DNA from: Genypterus blacodes
Lineage: Eukaryota
Assembly (NCBI RefSeq): GCF_046128005.1
Contig: NW_027466835.1
Coordinates: 4,686,430 to 4,750,429, forward strand
Length of the DNA: 64,000 nucleotides
Direction: 5' to 3'
A program made the translations under genes and the position numbers. This document shows, piece after piece, positions 23,520 through 35,449 of the stretch. The notes beneath the pieces are model-generated. The model searched no databases and was not told where the DNA came from. It worked only from the letters and a program-made list of their open reading frames with translations. Position 1 is the first letter of the stretch; the number at the start of each line of letters is the position of its first letter.

Positions 23520-26500
23520 GTGAGTGAAGGCTGAGTTCGGTCCCGATGAAGGCCTCCGTCTGACAGCATGCATTGGTCTGCGTCTGCCATGTTTCCTTAC
23601 TAGCTCAACGCACGCACACACACACACACAACCTGCTCGCTGCCCTCTTGACCTGCGTGATTTTTGTGTTTTATCCTCGCGTGCTGCCTGCATGACAAGA
23701 CAGTGGAGCAGCTAAACCTCTAATCCTGCCAGCTCGGGCGGTGGAGGGCTTTCTGCTTTGGCCCAATTTAATTCTCAGTGATTTCCTCCATTTCCCAGAA
23801 TTCCTGTCAGCAACTCTCGTCTTATTATTTCTGCTATAATAAAGAAACACATTTGGGCTCGCTAAAACATTGTTGCTTTCAGCTCTATGTTGACATTACA
23901 TCATTTAATCTTTTATCCTTTTTGATAAAAGTGAGCTAGATGAAGGTTTCATAATCTTTACACATTTGGATCTATTTTGTAATGGTGCTGATGTCGTTCC
24001 TGCTCTTATTGTGTTGAGGACAATCTTCCCTAAACTGGAAAATCAGTCGGGAGGCTTTAATGTCAAATTGGATGAGAATTGTTTTGTGCAGTTCCAGACA
24101 CTGGAGCTGCATCGCCCCTTCGTGTATACAACCTTTAAAAAACATTTTAAAAGGAAGGAAATCCATTACAGACCCTTATTAGACTTTTGTCTGGCACTTA
24201 ATGTAAACAACCTGATCTCTTTTAGACAGAAGTCTTATCTTCTCTCTTCAGCTCTGGCTTCCCCGTCTCTCAACACATTCTGAGGTCTAAACTTGTAACG
24301 TTATGTAATCGCTCGGTCATCACCGGTTTGAGAGCTGAAAGGTTTTTCCAAGCAGGGCTCACATATGGGAGGGTTTTACCTTTTTTCAGGGGGGGAGGGG
24401 TCGTTTATGAGGGAGTGGATGTCCCAAAGCTGATTCCAGCTCTTAAAATGTTAAGGTTATGTTCCCATGGAGTTTTTGAGGAGTTGGAGAGGAAAGCCAT
24501 ACGTGACCTCATTAGGAAAATCTGAGTTTGCTTCTTTTAATTCAAGGCTAAAGCTGTGACTCAGACATTGGTGGTGGTGATGATGATGATGAATGCGGCA
24601 GAGAGAACGGAGTAGGATGTTGAACCTCGTCCAAGTTCTTTGTTCGTTCTCCCTTGGTGAACATTGTCCTCGATACTCAGAGCTGCTGGCTATGGAACCT
24701 CTGCAGGTTCAAAGCTCCAGCTAGCTGTGTGTTATCCAGAGTATCAGAAATGATCAATTCTGAACCATGGCACAGTTCTGGTACCGATCACTGCGCCAAC
24801 AGAGAGAGGCGAACAATTTACCCGTTAAGCTGCTGAGCTCTGCAACGTGAAAAAGAATGAAATGAAGGATACAAACAGGAGCACAGGGCAGATCCAGACC
24901 CCATCAGAGCGGTTTCACTGTATTAGAGCCTGAATCACACCTGTGGTTTGGGACCCGAAACCCAAGAGTGCTGTCAGGGGTCGTCCATCATTGTTTCCCC
25001 ACTTCAAGTGTGACGTGTGGACTGCTGGGCTTCGTCCTGGATCATAGGGTGAAAATGAAATCTGAATCCTGACCTGAGCTCCACACGAATCTCTGAGACG
25101 GCGCCTAAGCAGTCCGGTCCATTGGGTTCGGACAGCAATCTGGGGCATCTGAGAAAATAGATGGATGGACCCTCCTCCACACCCTCCAATCACACCTCTA
25201 CTCCTTATATCCCCCTCCCCCCTTCTTGAACAGTGTGTACTTTTCTGTTCTGTTAAGACACACAGGCGCACGTGTTGCAACGACAGCCCTCCAATTTTAT
25301 TTATCCACCTCCCTCCCTCCCTCCCTCCACTCCACGTTATCTGGACTATCCCAGCATGTCCACAGAGTCTGAATGAATGATAAACATGTTACATGGCCAC
25401 ATTCTGCACTGGTTGTTTGTCTCTGCGGCTCACGAGAGCTCTCCCTCCGCCTTTATCTTTCCAGGATAGAGCTTACGTCTGATTTTACTTCTCTATAAGC
25501 GACCTTGGCAGACAGAGTGTTAAAAAACCCAAATGGTAAGGTGACATTTCTATTTAAATAACCCCTCGATCACCCACCTGTACCCAGCCCTGTACCCCGA
25601 ATGACTAAACCCCTCACTAGTATTTGGATTTCCAATTTCGGTACCGACGCTGATCAATCAGCATTTAGGCTCCAGTTAATCAATATGTCCCCTGATATGT
25701 ACCATGAGGAACTTAAAGCGTGACTGAGCAGCTGAGAGAAAACATGTGTCGACAGATTTGTTTTCCGTTTTGTGATGAAAGTGATTTTACAAAATTTCCT
25801 GATTTTCAGCTCATTTATCTCACCGGTGATTTTTGTAACAACCAGACATCAGCACTAAAAGGGATGTTGGGGATGATTGATTACTGATTGATCAGCAGAG
25901 GTCGAATTTCAGCTGCCATAGGTCACTAAACCCCATGAACGTGTCGCCCCTCTGACCGCCCTCACCTGCTTCCCCTCTCCTTACACCCTCATTCAGACCC
26001 ACTGAGTCCCTCTCATGCCTCTATCCATGAGCCATCTATGGGGATTCAGCCCAGAGTCAATGGCTCACGTGGTAAATTTGTTTACAAAGTGACACCCAGC
26101 TGTTCCACCCGCACTAAGCAGCGGCGGTGGGCCCTGTTCTGCCGCTCCAGGTGGCAGATGGTTTCATATCTCGCGTTATCCTCTTATTTCCGTTTGATCT
26201 CCAACGTGTAAGCCTGTGTGTCCGGCAGTGGAGGAAGGAGGACGAGAAGGAGGAGGCGGAGACTCTGTGCATCCTGGAGCTTAAGTGTCCATGGGCAACA
26301 AAACGTGGATCCTCCAGATGCTTTCTGTTTAACCCAGAAAGCACAAAGGAAGGCCGAGGCGCTGGGAAAGTGCTGCACACGGCAGCCAATATGGGTCGTG
26401 TCTCCTTTAGAGGAGATAGGATGTCCATATGAGGAGGACAAAAGAGCCTATAGGGACCTTCCCCAAGCCTTTCATGACGAGGCACCGTGGAGAAACGATG

Positions 26501-28136
26501 CTTTCTTCATCTCAACACTGACCCTTTGTGAAGAAAGATGCTGAAAATAAGCACGCAATTAAATCATTGGATTGGATTGTTGCACTCCATTACCGGCGTA
26601 CCAGTGCAGTAAGCTAATAAAGCTAATAAACAGTAAAAAAACCTAAACACTGACAGCAAACGGTCAACAGATGGGGCAACAGCATTACTGTAGTAATCTG
26701 ATAACATGGGTCAGAATGACTTGGCTCACCTCCACTGGCGTACTAATCTAATAACGTCTCTATTAAATGATCTAAAGCGAGCAGCCGGAGCTTCTCCCTC
26801 TGCCCCGTTTGGAACATTACACAGGTTTGACTTTCATCATGGCGGCGCTGCTTTTAGCAGCCACGTGCCAAACTCTGTATCACCGTGAATAACTGCCTTG
26901 GAGACGCCTCGCATGATTTGTCAACGTAATGAAAAGAGCTGCTTCTTTAAATGCTCTAAAAGCAGAAACCTTGCTTTTTGGGCTTTGAGCGCCCTCTGCT
27001 GGGTAAATACAGTAGGCAGCGTAAGACTACATGTCCTCTGGGAATGATAAATACACTTTGGATCATTCGTTTTCACAACCTTGCATGATCAACAAAGGCC
27101 TAACAGATAATCATGTTACGTCAATTCCATTCTTTCTTTTCCCTCTTCTTTCTTCTTCTTCCTTTGAAAATTAGCAGCTTGACATTTGTGATCTAAAAAA
27201 TTTACAAATGATTTCTCAACTTTGTGCAAACATGTGACTGGCAACGTTTTGGACAAATTTAATGCAAATGTAATTGTCTGGGGTACATTTTTATTTTTTA
27301 ATTCATATTTATGAAACGCTACTGCATAGATTAGTATGCATTTGTACGTCTGTTTATTTCTATTATTGCTGATCTTATGTCCATAGTGAGTGCATTATTA
27401 ATAATCACAGGATATCAAACTGAAGATAGGCTACTAAACTCTCTGCTTCTAATGGCCTCATAAGTTTTCCTTTATTTCTCCAAATGTTTCCTCTGCTGCC
27501 TTGTTTTTTTTGGGGTTTTATTCTCTCTGACGGCGGCTCGCTTGGTTCTCTTTGGGTTGTTTGTGTTCTGGTCTCTTGTGTTTGCCTCATGCCAGCTGCT
27601 AACTCTGCATGCTGCCCTCTAACATCACAGCCAACGGTGAGTTCTCTCTCTCTTCTCTCAACTTCAACACACCCAGTTTTTGCACCTCACCATCCGCTCG
27701 CTGCCCGCTCTCACTGGGACTGATGCTGATGTATGCAGCAAACAACGGCAGCTCTGTGTCGCAGAATAGAAACTGTCTCACACATAATGATGTATAAAGT
27801 AACACGTCATTGTTTACAGCCACATGACCACATATTCAGTACTAGTACGCTTATAAGATACGCGTGTGTCTTATTCAGAATCTTGGTGTCCTTTTACCTT
27901 AACTTTGTGTCCATGTAGGTTATACTAAAATCTAACACCACTTTGTGAGGCTCGATTGATAAGTTCTGAGCCCGGCACACAGGAGAGAGATGTGTTAGAA
28001 CTCAGAACTAATCAATCATCTCTTGTTTTTACAAGACTTTGTTTCATGAGACCTACAACGCCTTAAACTCAAATCCCTCTGATTGTGCTTTTCTGTTTTC
28101 TTACAGAGCGCCTGAATGATCCAACAAAGACGAGAG

Positions 28137-28138
<2 letters not shown>

Positions 28139-28169
<31 letters not shown>

Positions 28170-28192
28170 CACACTCACACTCACACACTCAC
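28139..28192. repeat. compound (CA)n/(CACTCA)n microsatellite
   Basis: acacacacacacacacacacactcacactcacactcacactcacacactcac. Confidence 0.9.
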
Positions 28193-28336
28193 GCCCACCC
28201 TACAGCTTTTCGTCTTTACTTCCTAACAGCTGATGTATGAAGAGGAGCACTGAAGAGCAAATCAATCTGCAATGAGTATCGGCCTCTTTTGGGGGGGAGG
28301 GGAATCAAACAGCACATCTATTCTGAATTTTATGAC

Positions 28337-28402
28337 ATTGTTCACTACCATTGTTAGGGGTGTGGCCTACAGTTAGGGGTGTGGCCTACAGTTAGGGGGC
28401 AC
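28337..28402. repeat. ~20-bp minisatellite, 3 tandem copies (GTTAGGGGTGTGGCCTACA)
   Basis: tgttaggggtgtggcctaca gttaggggtgtggcctaca gttagggggcacggcctaca. Confidence 0.85.
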
Positions 28403-29360
28403 GGCCTACAGGCAGAAGCTCTGCGCGTGAAAAGCAAAAATCTTCACACCCAAGTGCCTTCATGAACCTGATGTTTCTCCCCTCGCCTGTCGTTTGTTGT
28501 TTTCCTCGTGTAAAGAATGTGTTCAGGTGTAGCACCTCAAACATGGTGTGTGTGTGTGTGTGTGGCGCGAGTGTGGGGTTTTGGGATTTTGAAAGGGATT
28601 GTGTGAGATTTGTGTTGAAACTCTTTGCAACTCTGAAGCTGTGATCGAAATGTAAAACGAGCGATAAACTCCCCCCTTCTACCAATAACACTAGAATCAC
28701 TTTCTTTGTCTTTATAGTCGCTCTGGCCTGCTGCTGATGATGATGCTCTCTGATGAACTATTACAGGCTAAAGGTCGGAATAAAACCAATGACAGCGGGC
28801 TTCAGTTTTCACTTCCCGTCAGGGTTGAAGTTCTGCTTGCGTGTAGCATAATCGCTCGGCCATATAATAAAACTTAATTTCAAATTTCATTGTCAATTGT
28901 GTTTTTGTTCCAGCATTACATTTTTGATAGTCTGGAATATGAATAAACAAATCCCTTTGTCCAAGCTGTTTTTCTGCCGTTTCATTTTAGAGTGAAATGT
29001 TTGAATGAAATGCCTCTCACTTTAAACTCAAACTGAGGCGCAGGCACAACGTTGCATTAGAGACCAGAGGAGCACAAATAAATGTCAATTGTACACATGA
29101 CTGTTGTCACTCAACCACAGCAGTACCAGCACATACATGATGCAGCTGTCTGAGGTTATTTTTGCCATAGAATCCAGAACAAAGTTATACATTACTCATG
29201 TTACACACACACGCCTGGCACAAGTATGAAGTTTACATGTTATCAGGCTCTGGTTTTAGAATGCTGCAGACGGAACTGAGCGTGACTTCTCTACGTGTTG
29301 GCAGAAGTGGTGATGATGGGGTGGTGTGTTTGTGTGTGTGTGTTCTGATTCACTTCCCAG

Positions 29361-29475
29361 GGTGCAACAGGAGCAGCTGGCAGCGATCTTCCTGTTGCTG
29401 AGGGAGAACCAGGAGCTGCTGGGTGGCGTGACGGAGGGAGACATGGAGGAACAACTGAAACTCTACACCCTGTAG
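29361..29475 (+). CDS. mxra7: mxra7-like terminal coding exon, stop TAG 29473-29475
   Basis: Acceptor cacttcccag|G. Encodes (R)VQQEQLAAIFLLLRENQELLGGVTEGDMEEQLKLYTL*, consistent with the MXRA7 C-terminus (human ...EEEQRVQQEQLAAIF...QEQLRLY..). Frame is continuous from exon 3. Confidence 0.75.
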
Positions 29476-30415
29476 TCCAGACAGACGCTCTGAAAGACAG
29501 ACAGACGGGCAGGGAACAAACTGTACTCATGTCGAGTCATAAATGCTAATATTCAATTTATTTATAATTTGACTGAACAGCTGCAGTGAACATTTACAAG
29601 ACACATTTCCAGAAAACGTATTCATTGTAAACTCATGCAAAATGGTTAAGAAAATCTCAATAGCATTTAATCTGAATGTATATTTTGCTGATTGAATAAT
29701 TCTTTTTAATTAAGATTTTAAACAGACATCTTCAAGTTCTTCAAGAGAAATCTAAAGTATGTTGTAGATCGATGTGAGTGGCTCGTTCTTGTCACATTTT
29801 TGAAGATGTTTGTTAGTGTAGCGATCCAGTTTTGTTGTGTTAAAAGAAATTGTGATGTTTTTCATTCATTGTATTACAAACTAGTTGCGATATCTTTCAT
29901 TCAAATAAATATATTTGAAAGTAATCATTTGGATACATTTGGGTGATTTTGAAGACAGCGCAAAGTTTTGAAACTTTTATATTTGCAAAATATTTAATTC
30001 AAAAAGAATGTTTTCATGTTTTTTTCTCTATTGCTTAGACTCATTCGTGTGCCTCCACCGCCTCTTAGCGGTCATCTGTATAAGTGCATAAGCGCTACAT
30101 TTGGACACGCCCATTTCCGTGACGTCATGCCAGGTGTGTTTGTGCCTGCCAGCGGTGTTGAGGACAAAGCGAGCGGCTCTGTGCCTCCATCATCGGACAA
30201 AGAAGCTTTTAGATTCACTAAACCGACATCTGAAGAAACTGATTTGGGGGATTACCGTTAGGTTGTCCACGAAGTTATACATTTTATATTTTAGTGTAAA
30301 GACAAAATAGTTCCGCTGGAGCAAGAAAGGCTTAGTTTAGATCGCTTTAAGCTGCGTTAACGGACTTTCAACCAAGGAAATTCAGAGATATGAGCCAGAT
30401 CTGTTAAAAGTTCGT

Positions 30416-30420
<5 letters not shown>

Positions 30421-30448
<28 letters not shown>
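30421..30448. repeat. (GT)14 microsatellite ~140 bp upstream of the st6galnac2 start codon
   Basis: (gt)14 then aaagacc. Confidence 0.95.
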
Positions 30449-30451
<3 letters not shown>

Positions 30452-30589
30452 GACCTCCCACCCCCGTATGTGCTGACATGGACTTCGACCGCGCTGTGCT
30501 TTGCTTCACCTCCGTCCACCAAATGACGAGAGAGGAACAATCTTGCATTTCAATGTTCGAAATTTGATTTTTAAATACATATATTGACA

Positions 30590-30696
30590 ATGAGGGCGTC
30601 CTCCCTGAAGTGTGTTTTCTTTCTGATGGGGACTTCCTGTTTGACTCTGTGTGTCGTTATTTATGGAAAATACTTCACCTTAAACGGATTTCTCAG
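30590..30696 (+). CDS. st6galnac2: ST6GALNAC2-type sialyltransferase coding exon 1 (type II signal anchor)
   Basis: ATG at 30590. Encodes MRASSLKCVFFLMGTSCLTLCVVIYGKYFTLNGFL(S), a hydrophobic TM anchor typical of Golgi sialyltransferases. Donor AG|gtaggt, phase 2. Confidence 0.7.
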
Positions 30697-31610
30697 GTAG
30701 GTGATTAGACTTATTTCAACCCGGAGACTCTCTTTATAAACTTCTTTTCTCGTCCTGGGTAACTAAGGCTGTATGAACACGTACCCGAACGATAACTGAT
30801 CAAATCTGAGGCCGATAAATATTGAATTAACCACTGGATGTAATGTTTCGTTCCTTTGGGGTTTCCGACGTATAGTTCTACAAGAGCTTGTGCACACACA
30901 CACTGTTCACCTGATTTGCCCCCCCTGTCACTTCCCTCCACAAACTCTTTAAAGCTTAAGAAAAGGATTTTTCACTTCCCTCCTTTGCAAAGATCCAGCA
31001 GTAATGCCATGTTAATGTTTACACTGGAGGATGGATGTGTGATTGCTAAACTTGAAAATCAAAATGCAAACTCTCTTTCTAGATGAATCGAGCATATTTC
31101 AGACATTCATTTAAATTCACTCTTGTTTGTAATCTCAACATAACAAAGATCATCTGTGAAAATGCTGATTAGGCGCTTAGTGTTGTTGTCTTTTCCCAGG
31201 TAGGTCTGATCCTCATCTGAGTTTATATGACAACACAAAGTCTCCTGCATGCTGGTAGCTGCAGATGAACCAAACCGCTCCCGTACTCTCTGCACTCACA
31301 AGCTGATACACAATGAACCCATAATTAGAGAGGATGGTGGAACAAGAGCAACATTCTCTCCTCTCAGGACAGACCTGTTGCAGATTCCGTCATAGATCTT
31401 TCCTGTAACTAACAAACACCTCCTGTTTGTTGGTACCTACAATAATAGAAGGTGTAGTCAACCTGTGCAGTGAGGCGGCTGTCAGCGGATTTGTTTTGTT
31501 GTCTTGTAAAGTTGAAAGTGTTCTTGGTGAATCATTGATGCTTGTGAAATTTGAGTGTGTTTTTGAACCCACTTTACATCTTCCATATCTCACTTTTGTT
31601 GTGGCGTCAG

Positions 31611-31695
31611 TCAGCAGATAGATGGAGGCAGCAGATGGGTCCAAGACAACATTCGGGACATTTGGAATATTACCATGGCGACCGCAGAGGAGACG
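31611..31695 (+). CDS. st6galnac2: st6galnac2 coding exon 2 (stem region, N-glycosylation site NIT)
   Basis: Acceptor gtggcgtcag|T. Encodes (S)QQIDGGSRWVQDNIRDIWNITMATAEET. Donor ACG|gtgggt. This is the only acceptor nearby that keeps the frame open between exons 1 and 3. Confidence 0.6.
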
Positions 31696-31775
31696 GTGGG
31701 TAGCGACCTTCCCTCCTCACCGTATCTATCCATGAACTGGCCTAGGATGCACCAATTTGTTCTTTCTCTCCTCAG

Positions 31776-31947
31776 ATTGAGGGGCCTTGCTCTTTGAGAG
31801 GGACCATCAGGAAGGAGCGTCTCCTCAGGAGGCTGTTCAATTTCTCCGTGCCTGTCCTGCAGTGGGCCGGGAGCTTCTCTGAACCAGCATGGAACCATCT
31901 GAGGAGCCAGGAGCCTCCTTATGGCTGGAAGGGCCTTCCTCTCAGCG
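31776..31947 (+). CDS. st6galnac2: st6galnac2 coding exon 3
   Basis: Acceptor tctttctctcctcag|ATT. Encodes IEGPCSLRGTIRKERLLRRLFNFSVPVLQWAGSFSEPAWNHLRSQEPPYGWKGLPLS; compare human ST6GALNAC2 ...FNLSIPVLLWGDLFTPALWDRLSQHKAPYGWRGLSHQ. Donor G|gtacgc. Confidence 0.8.
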
Positions 31948-32027
31948 GTACGCTCCTCATTCCCTCTGTCAGGATGGGAGAGATGTGTGCTTATGAATTC
32001 TCGTTTCTGTTCTTGTTCTCTTCCCAG

Positions 32028-32190
32028 TTGTTCGCTCCACTCTGGCCCTGCTCAACGGCGCGGCCAGCAGTCGCCTCTTTGACCGGCGCTCGCCCGGCCA
32101 GTGTGTGCGCTGTGCTGTGGTCGGTAACGGAGGAATCCTCAAAGGATCCAGACAGGGGAAAGACATCGACAGCCATGACTTTGTGTTCAG
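32028..32190 (+). CDS. st6galnac2: st6galnac2 coding exon 4 (sialylmotif L)
   Basis: Acceptor ttctcttcccag|TT. Encodes [54 protein letters not shown](R); compare human VIASTLSLLNGSESAKLF...[30 protein letters not shown]. Donor AG|gtgagt. Confidence 0.88.
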
Positions 32191-32434
32191 GTGAGTGAGG
32201 TTTTATGAATGCTGAGGTCAGGGGTTTAAATCCCCTCCCTCCAGCCCCACCGCCCTCAAAGGACAAGAAACAGGTGGGCTGCTTTAGGTAAACATTCAGG
32301 CTCAATGAATGCAATTTAATGTGTATCCACTCATCTCAAATGTCAAAATGAAACAGTATGTAAGGGTTCAAATCATTCACTTCATGTCATGAGTCCCTGT
32401 CTGATTATAATTGTTCACGTGAACTGGGCCATAG

Positions 32435-32573
32435 AGTCAACGGGGCTTTGACAAAGGGCTTTGAAGAAGACGTGGGGACGAAGATCTCCTTCTACGGTTT
32501 CACCACAAACACGATGAAGCACGCGCTGCTGCTGTACAAGAAGGACGGCTTCACCCAGATCCCACAGGCCGCG
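32435..32573 (+). CDS. st6galnac2: st6galnac2 coding exon 5
   Basis: Acceptor gggccatag|A. Encodes (R)[46 protein letters not shown]; compare human [44 protein letters not shown]. Donor GCG|gtgaga. Confidence 0.85.
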
Positions 32574-32667
32574 GTGAGACTATGACACGCCCCTCGCCTC
32601 CATGACATTCTTCCTGTGTCACAGCTCTGCGTGTTTAAGAGCTCTCTCTGCTTCGTCACATCTGCAG

Positions 32668-32771
32668 GACATACGATACATCTTCATCCCGACAGGCTTG
32701 CGAGATTACGCAATGCTGGCGGCGGCCGTTCGCGGTCAGAGGGTGAAGACGGGGCTGGACGCTGGAGACAG
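32668..32771 (+). CDS. st6galnac2: st6galnac2 coding exon 6
   Basis: Acceptor cacatctgcag|GAC. Encodes DIRYIFIPTGLRDYAMLAAAVRGQRVKTGLDAGD(R); compare human [35 protein letters not shown]. Donor AG|gtgagg. Confidence 0.85.
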
Positions 32772-33170
32772 GTGAGGGATCCGTCCTAAGCTCACATGTG
32801 CTCAGTACTTTGATTATTTGCTTGTGCTGGGTTTAAGGGAAAATAAAGGGACATTACACTGGACAGCCAGTTTCTATATATTAAAAACTTCTTTCAAACT
32901 TTGGATCTGCACTTAATTAATCTCTGTTACCCATGACAACCACAATCTGCTGTTGAATCTGCTATAAAAGTGAAGATTAAAGGAATAGTAGTCCTGTAAT
33001 TTGAATCACAGCCTCTAGGTGGCAGTGTAGCCTCAATTCAGTCAGGATTTACAGCGCAAGTACTTTGTGTTGTATATTTTTGAGAATCAATACTTCTTCT
33101 TCTCTTTGGTTGCTGGTTTAAGTTTTCACTCTGTTTCTGTTTGTGTTTGTCATTATTATGTAACCAACAG

Positions 33171-33251
33171 GCCCTGGAGGTATTTTGGCCACAAACCTGC
33201 TAAGAACTTCAAGATTCTTCACCCTGAGTTTATTGCATACGTGACAAAAAG
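33171..33251 (+). CDS. st6galnac2: st6galnac2 coding exon 7
   Basis: Acceptor gtaaccaacag|G. Encodes (R)PWRYFGHKPAKNFKILHPEFIAYVTK; compare human [29 protein letters not shown]. Donor AG|gtgaag. Confidence 0.85.
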
Positions 33252-33319
33252 GTGAAGGAGTGCCGTGTGTATGCTGTATGTTTGTGTTTTTATTCACTAA
33301 CTCATTATGCATTTCTCAG

Positions 33320-33422
33320 TTTCTTGCAGTCGCCCATGCTGAGGTACAAAGGCACCCAGTCCCTGTACATGCCGAGCACCGGAGCCTTGATGCTGATGGC
33401 GGCCTTGCATTCGTGTGACCAG
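33320..33422 (+). CDS. st6galnac2: st6galnac2 coding exon 8 (sialylmotif S region)
   Basis: Acceptor catttctcag|T; the nearer tcttgcag acceptor creates an in-frame stop. Encodes (S)[34 protein letters not shown]; compare human [33 protein letters not shown]. Donor CAG|gtcaga. Confidence 0.85.
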
Positions 33423-33581
33423 GTCAGAAACAAAAAGGAGGGTCGCCTATGAGCTCATGAGCAAAAACATTACACTGGAAAATCACAAAAACCTGAAGAA
33501 AATGCTTTTAGAAAACACAGTCACACTTTCCATTCAAACACATCAGCTGGACGCTTGTGATACATTTGATCATTTCACGTC

Positions 33582-33582
<1 letters not shown>

Positions 33583-33613
<31 letters not shown>
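33583..33613. repeat. (GAT)10 trinucleotide repeat ending 14 nt upstream of the st6galnac2 last-exon acceptor
   Basis: ctgatgatgatgatgatgatgatgatgatgatggtgttctactgtag|GTT. Confidence 0.95.
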
Positions 33614-33627
33614 GTGTTCTACTGTAG

Positions 33628-33807
33628 GTTTCCGCTTACGGCTTCATCACCTCGAACTACGCAGACTTCTCGGACCACTACTACGACTCCGTGTGGATGC
33701 CGCTTCGATTCTTCGCCAACCACGACATGCGGATGGAGAGCCAGCTGTGGCAGGCGCTTGACCACTGGAAAACCATGAAGTTGTACCAGAGGAAGGGGAG
33801 CAGCTGA
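33628..33807 (+). CDS. st6galnac2: st6galnac2 terminal coding exon, stop TGA 33805-33807
   Basis: Acceptor ttctactgtag|GTT. Encodes [59 protein letters not shown]; compare human [55 protein letters not shown]. The nine exons total 1134 nt, 377 aa. Confidence 0.88.
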   Translation, partial: VSAYGFITSNYADFSDHYYDSVWMPLRFFANHDMRMESQLWQALDHWKTMKLYQRKGSS

Positions 33808-33902
33808 ACCCGTCCATAACCTCCATTTTCCTTTCACTGTTGACCTTCATTGACCAGCGACCATTCGTTATGAGCACATTGAGCAAACCAAGAGTTTTCC
33901 AT

Positions 33903-33908
33903 AATAAA
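33903..33908 (+). other. st6galnac2: candidate st6galnac2 polyadenylation signal AATAAA
   Basis: ccatAATAAAgatgcg lies ~96 nt after the stop codon. This is the nearest canonical hexamer. Confidence 0.35.
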
Positions 33909-35449
33909 GATGCGTTTAACTGGATTGAGATGATTTCTGCATCGGTTACAAACAAATAACTAACTTTAAAGGGAAAATATGGCCGAACATTTTAGGTTTC
34001 TCCTTAATCCCCAATGCAAAAAGATTCATTTACTAAACTGCACTTTCTAATGTCTGACTTGGACAATATATAAGAGTAAATGTGATACTATATGTGGTTG
34101 TAAGTCTGTGGTTATTCACAGCTTTTTTCTTTGTTTTGTAAGCTTTGTTTTGAACCGTGACTTTACTTTCTGTTGTATTTACCTTTTATGTGACTAAATA
34201 TTTGCCACTTGTGTTGTTTTAGTAAATGTTTAATGTTTGAGCTTTTTGTGTGGGACAATTCTTTATCTGTACTTTTCCAGGTTGCTGTTTTACTGCTTGT
34301 TAACAAAACCTGAGTGTTGTCTAAAGAGCGCGGTGAGCTTTGGCTTTGTGACAGCTCCTTTGTCATTAAGGTCTCACACTGACATTAAAGGCCTTCATAC
34401 TGTGTAAAACGATGCTGTGGTGTTCTCGGGATCAGCAACCTCTTTGATCATAAGAAGAAGTCTTATCTGTCCTCTGAGGGCAGGTGCGCTCACGCTCCTC
34501 ATCACTCTCTTTCCTCTTCTTTCTGTTTCAAGCTGCTCAGCTGGGTCACGGCTCTAACGGGCTGAAGGCCACTCGGAGCTTTTTTTCTTTTTTTTACCTT
34601 GATGTCCTCTGAAGTCCATTCAATCTGACGCCTTTTGTGCGGGTGAAATCTGGAGTTCTCTGAGCCTTTGTGTCGTGCTTGTCCAAGGACGTGCCGGCAG
34701 CCACAAGAAAGAGCGCGACACGCAGCTTTGATCGCCTCTCAACTCGGTCTGTCCACATGTCCTCCCACATCTCACAGGTTTAATGTCCTGATGGAGTGGT
34801 GAAGGTTCAGTTGAGGTCACATGAATGAGGGCCAATGGTCCTCACATGTAATACAGGTGTGTTTACATAAATGTTTTATGTTTGGATTTGCTCTCATTGT
34901 AAAAGACTAACATCAACCTGTGGTGGACAAAATATATTTTATATACTATACTATATTATATTATAAATAATAAAATATATTGTAAGACTGCAGTCTGACA
35001 AAACAATCAACATGATTGTTTTGGTTATGTTAAAATCAACAAAATGGTGTTAATCGGATCTCAAATATATTTAAGAAGTCATTTTATAATCGGTATAATC
35101 AGAAAAGTTCGTGTAGTGGGCGATACAACCGGATAACACGATTCTTCACAATAAAAGCACGACTGCGAATCTCAAATACATGAACATACGGGTATTGAAT
35201 GAGATAATAATGTTCAGAATGTTTTTATATCCAAAAATTCGACATGTGTTATTACGTTTCCATAATCATATGTGTATACGAAATCTGTTGAATTGAATTA
35301 CTTAAAATCATGAAATCGAGTCGTGGTGGAAATTAAACAAATATGATGCGTTAAAATGGTTCCTAAAATAACAATTTTCAAATGGAATCGCCTTGGAGGC
35401 AAATATTTACTTTAATATACTTAAGATTTGAAAGAGGTGGCAATCCCTT

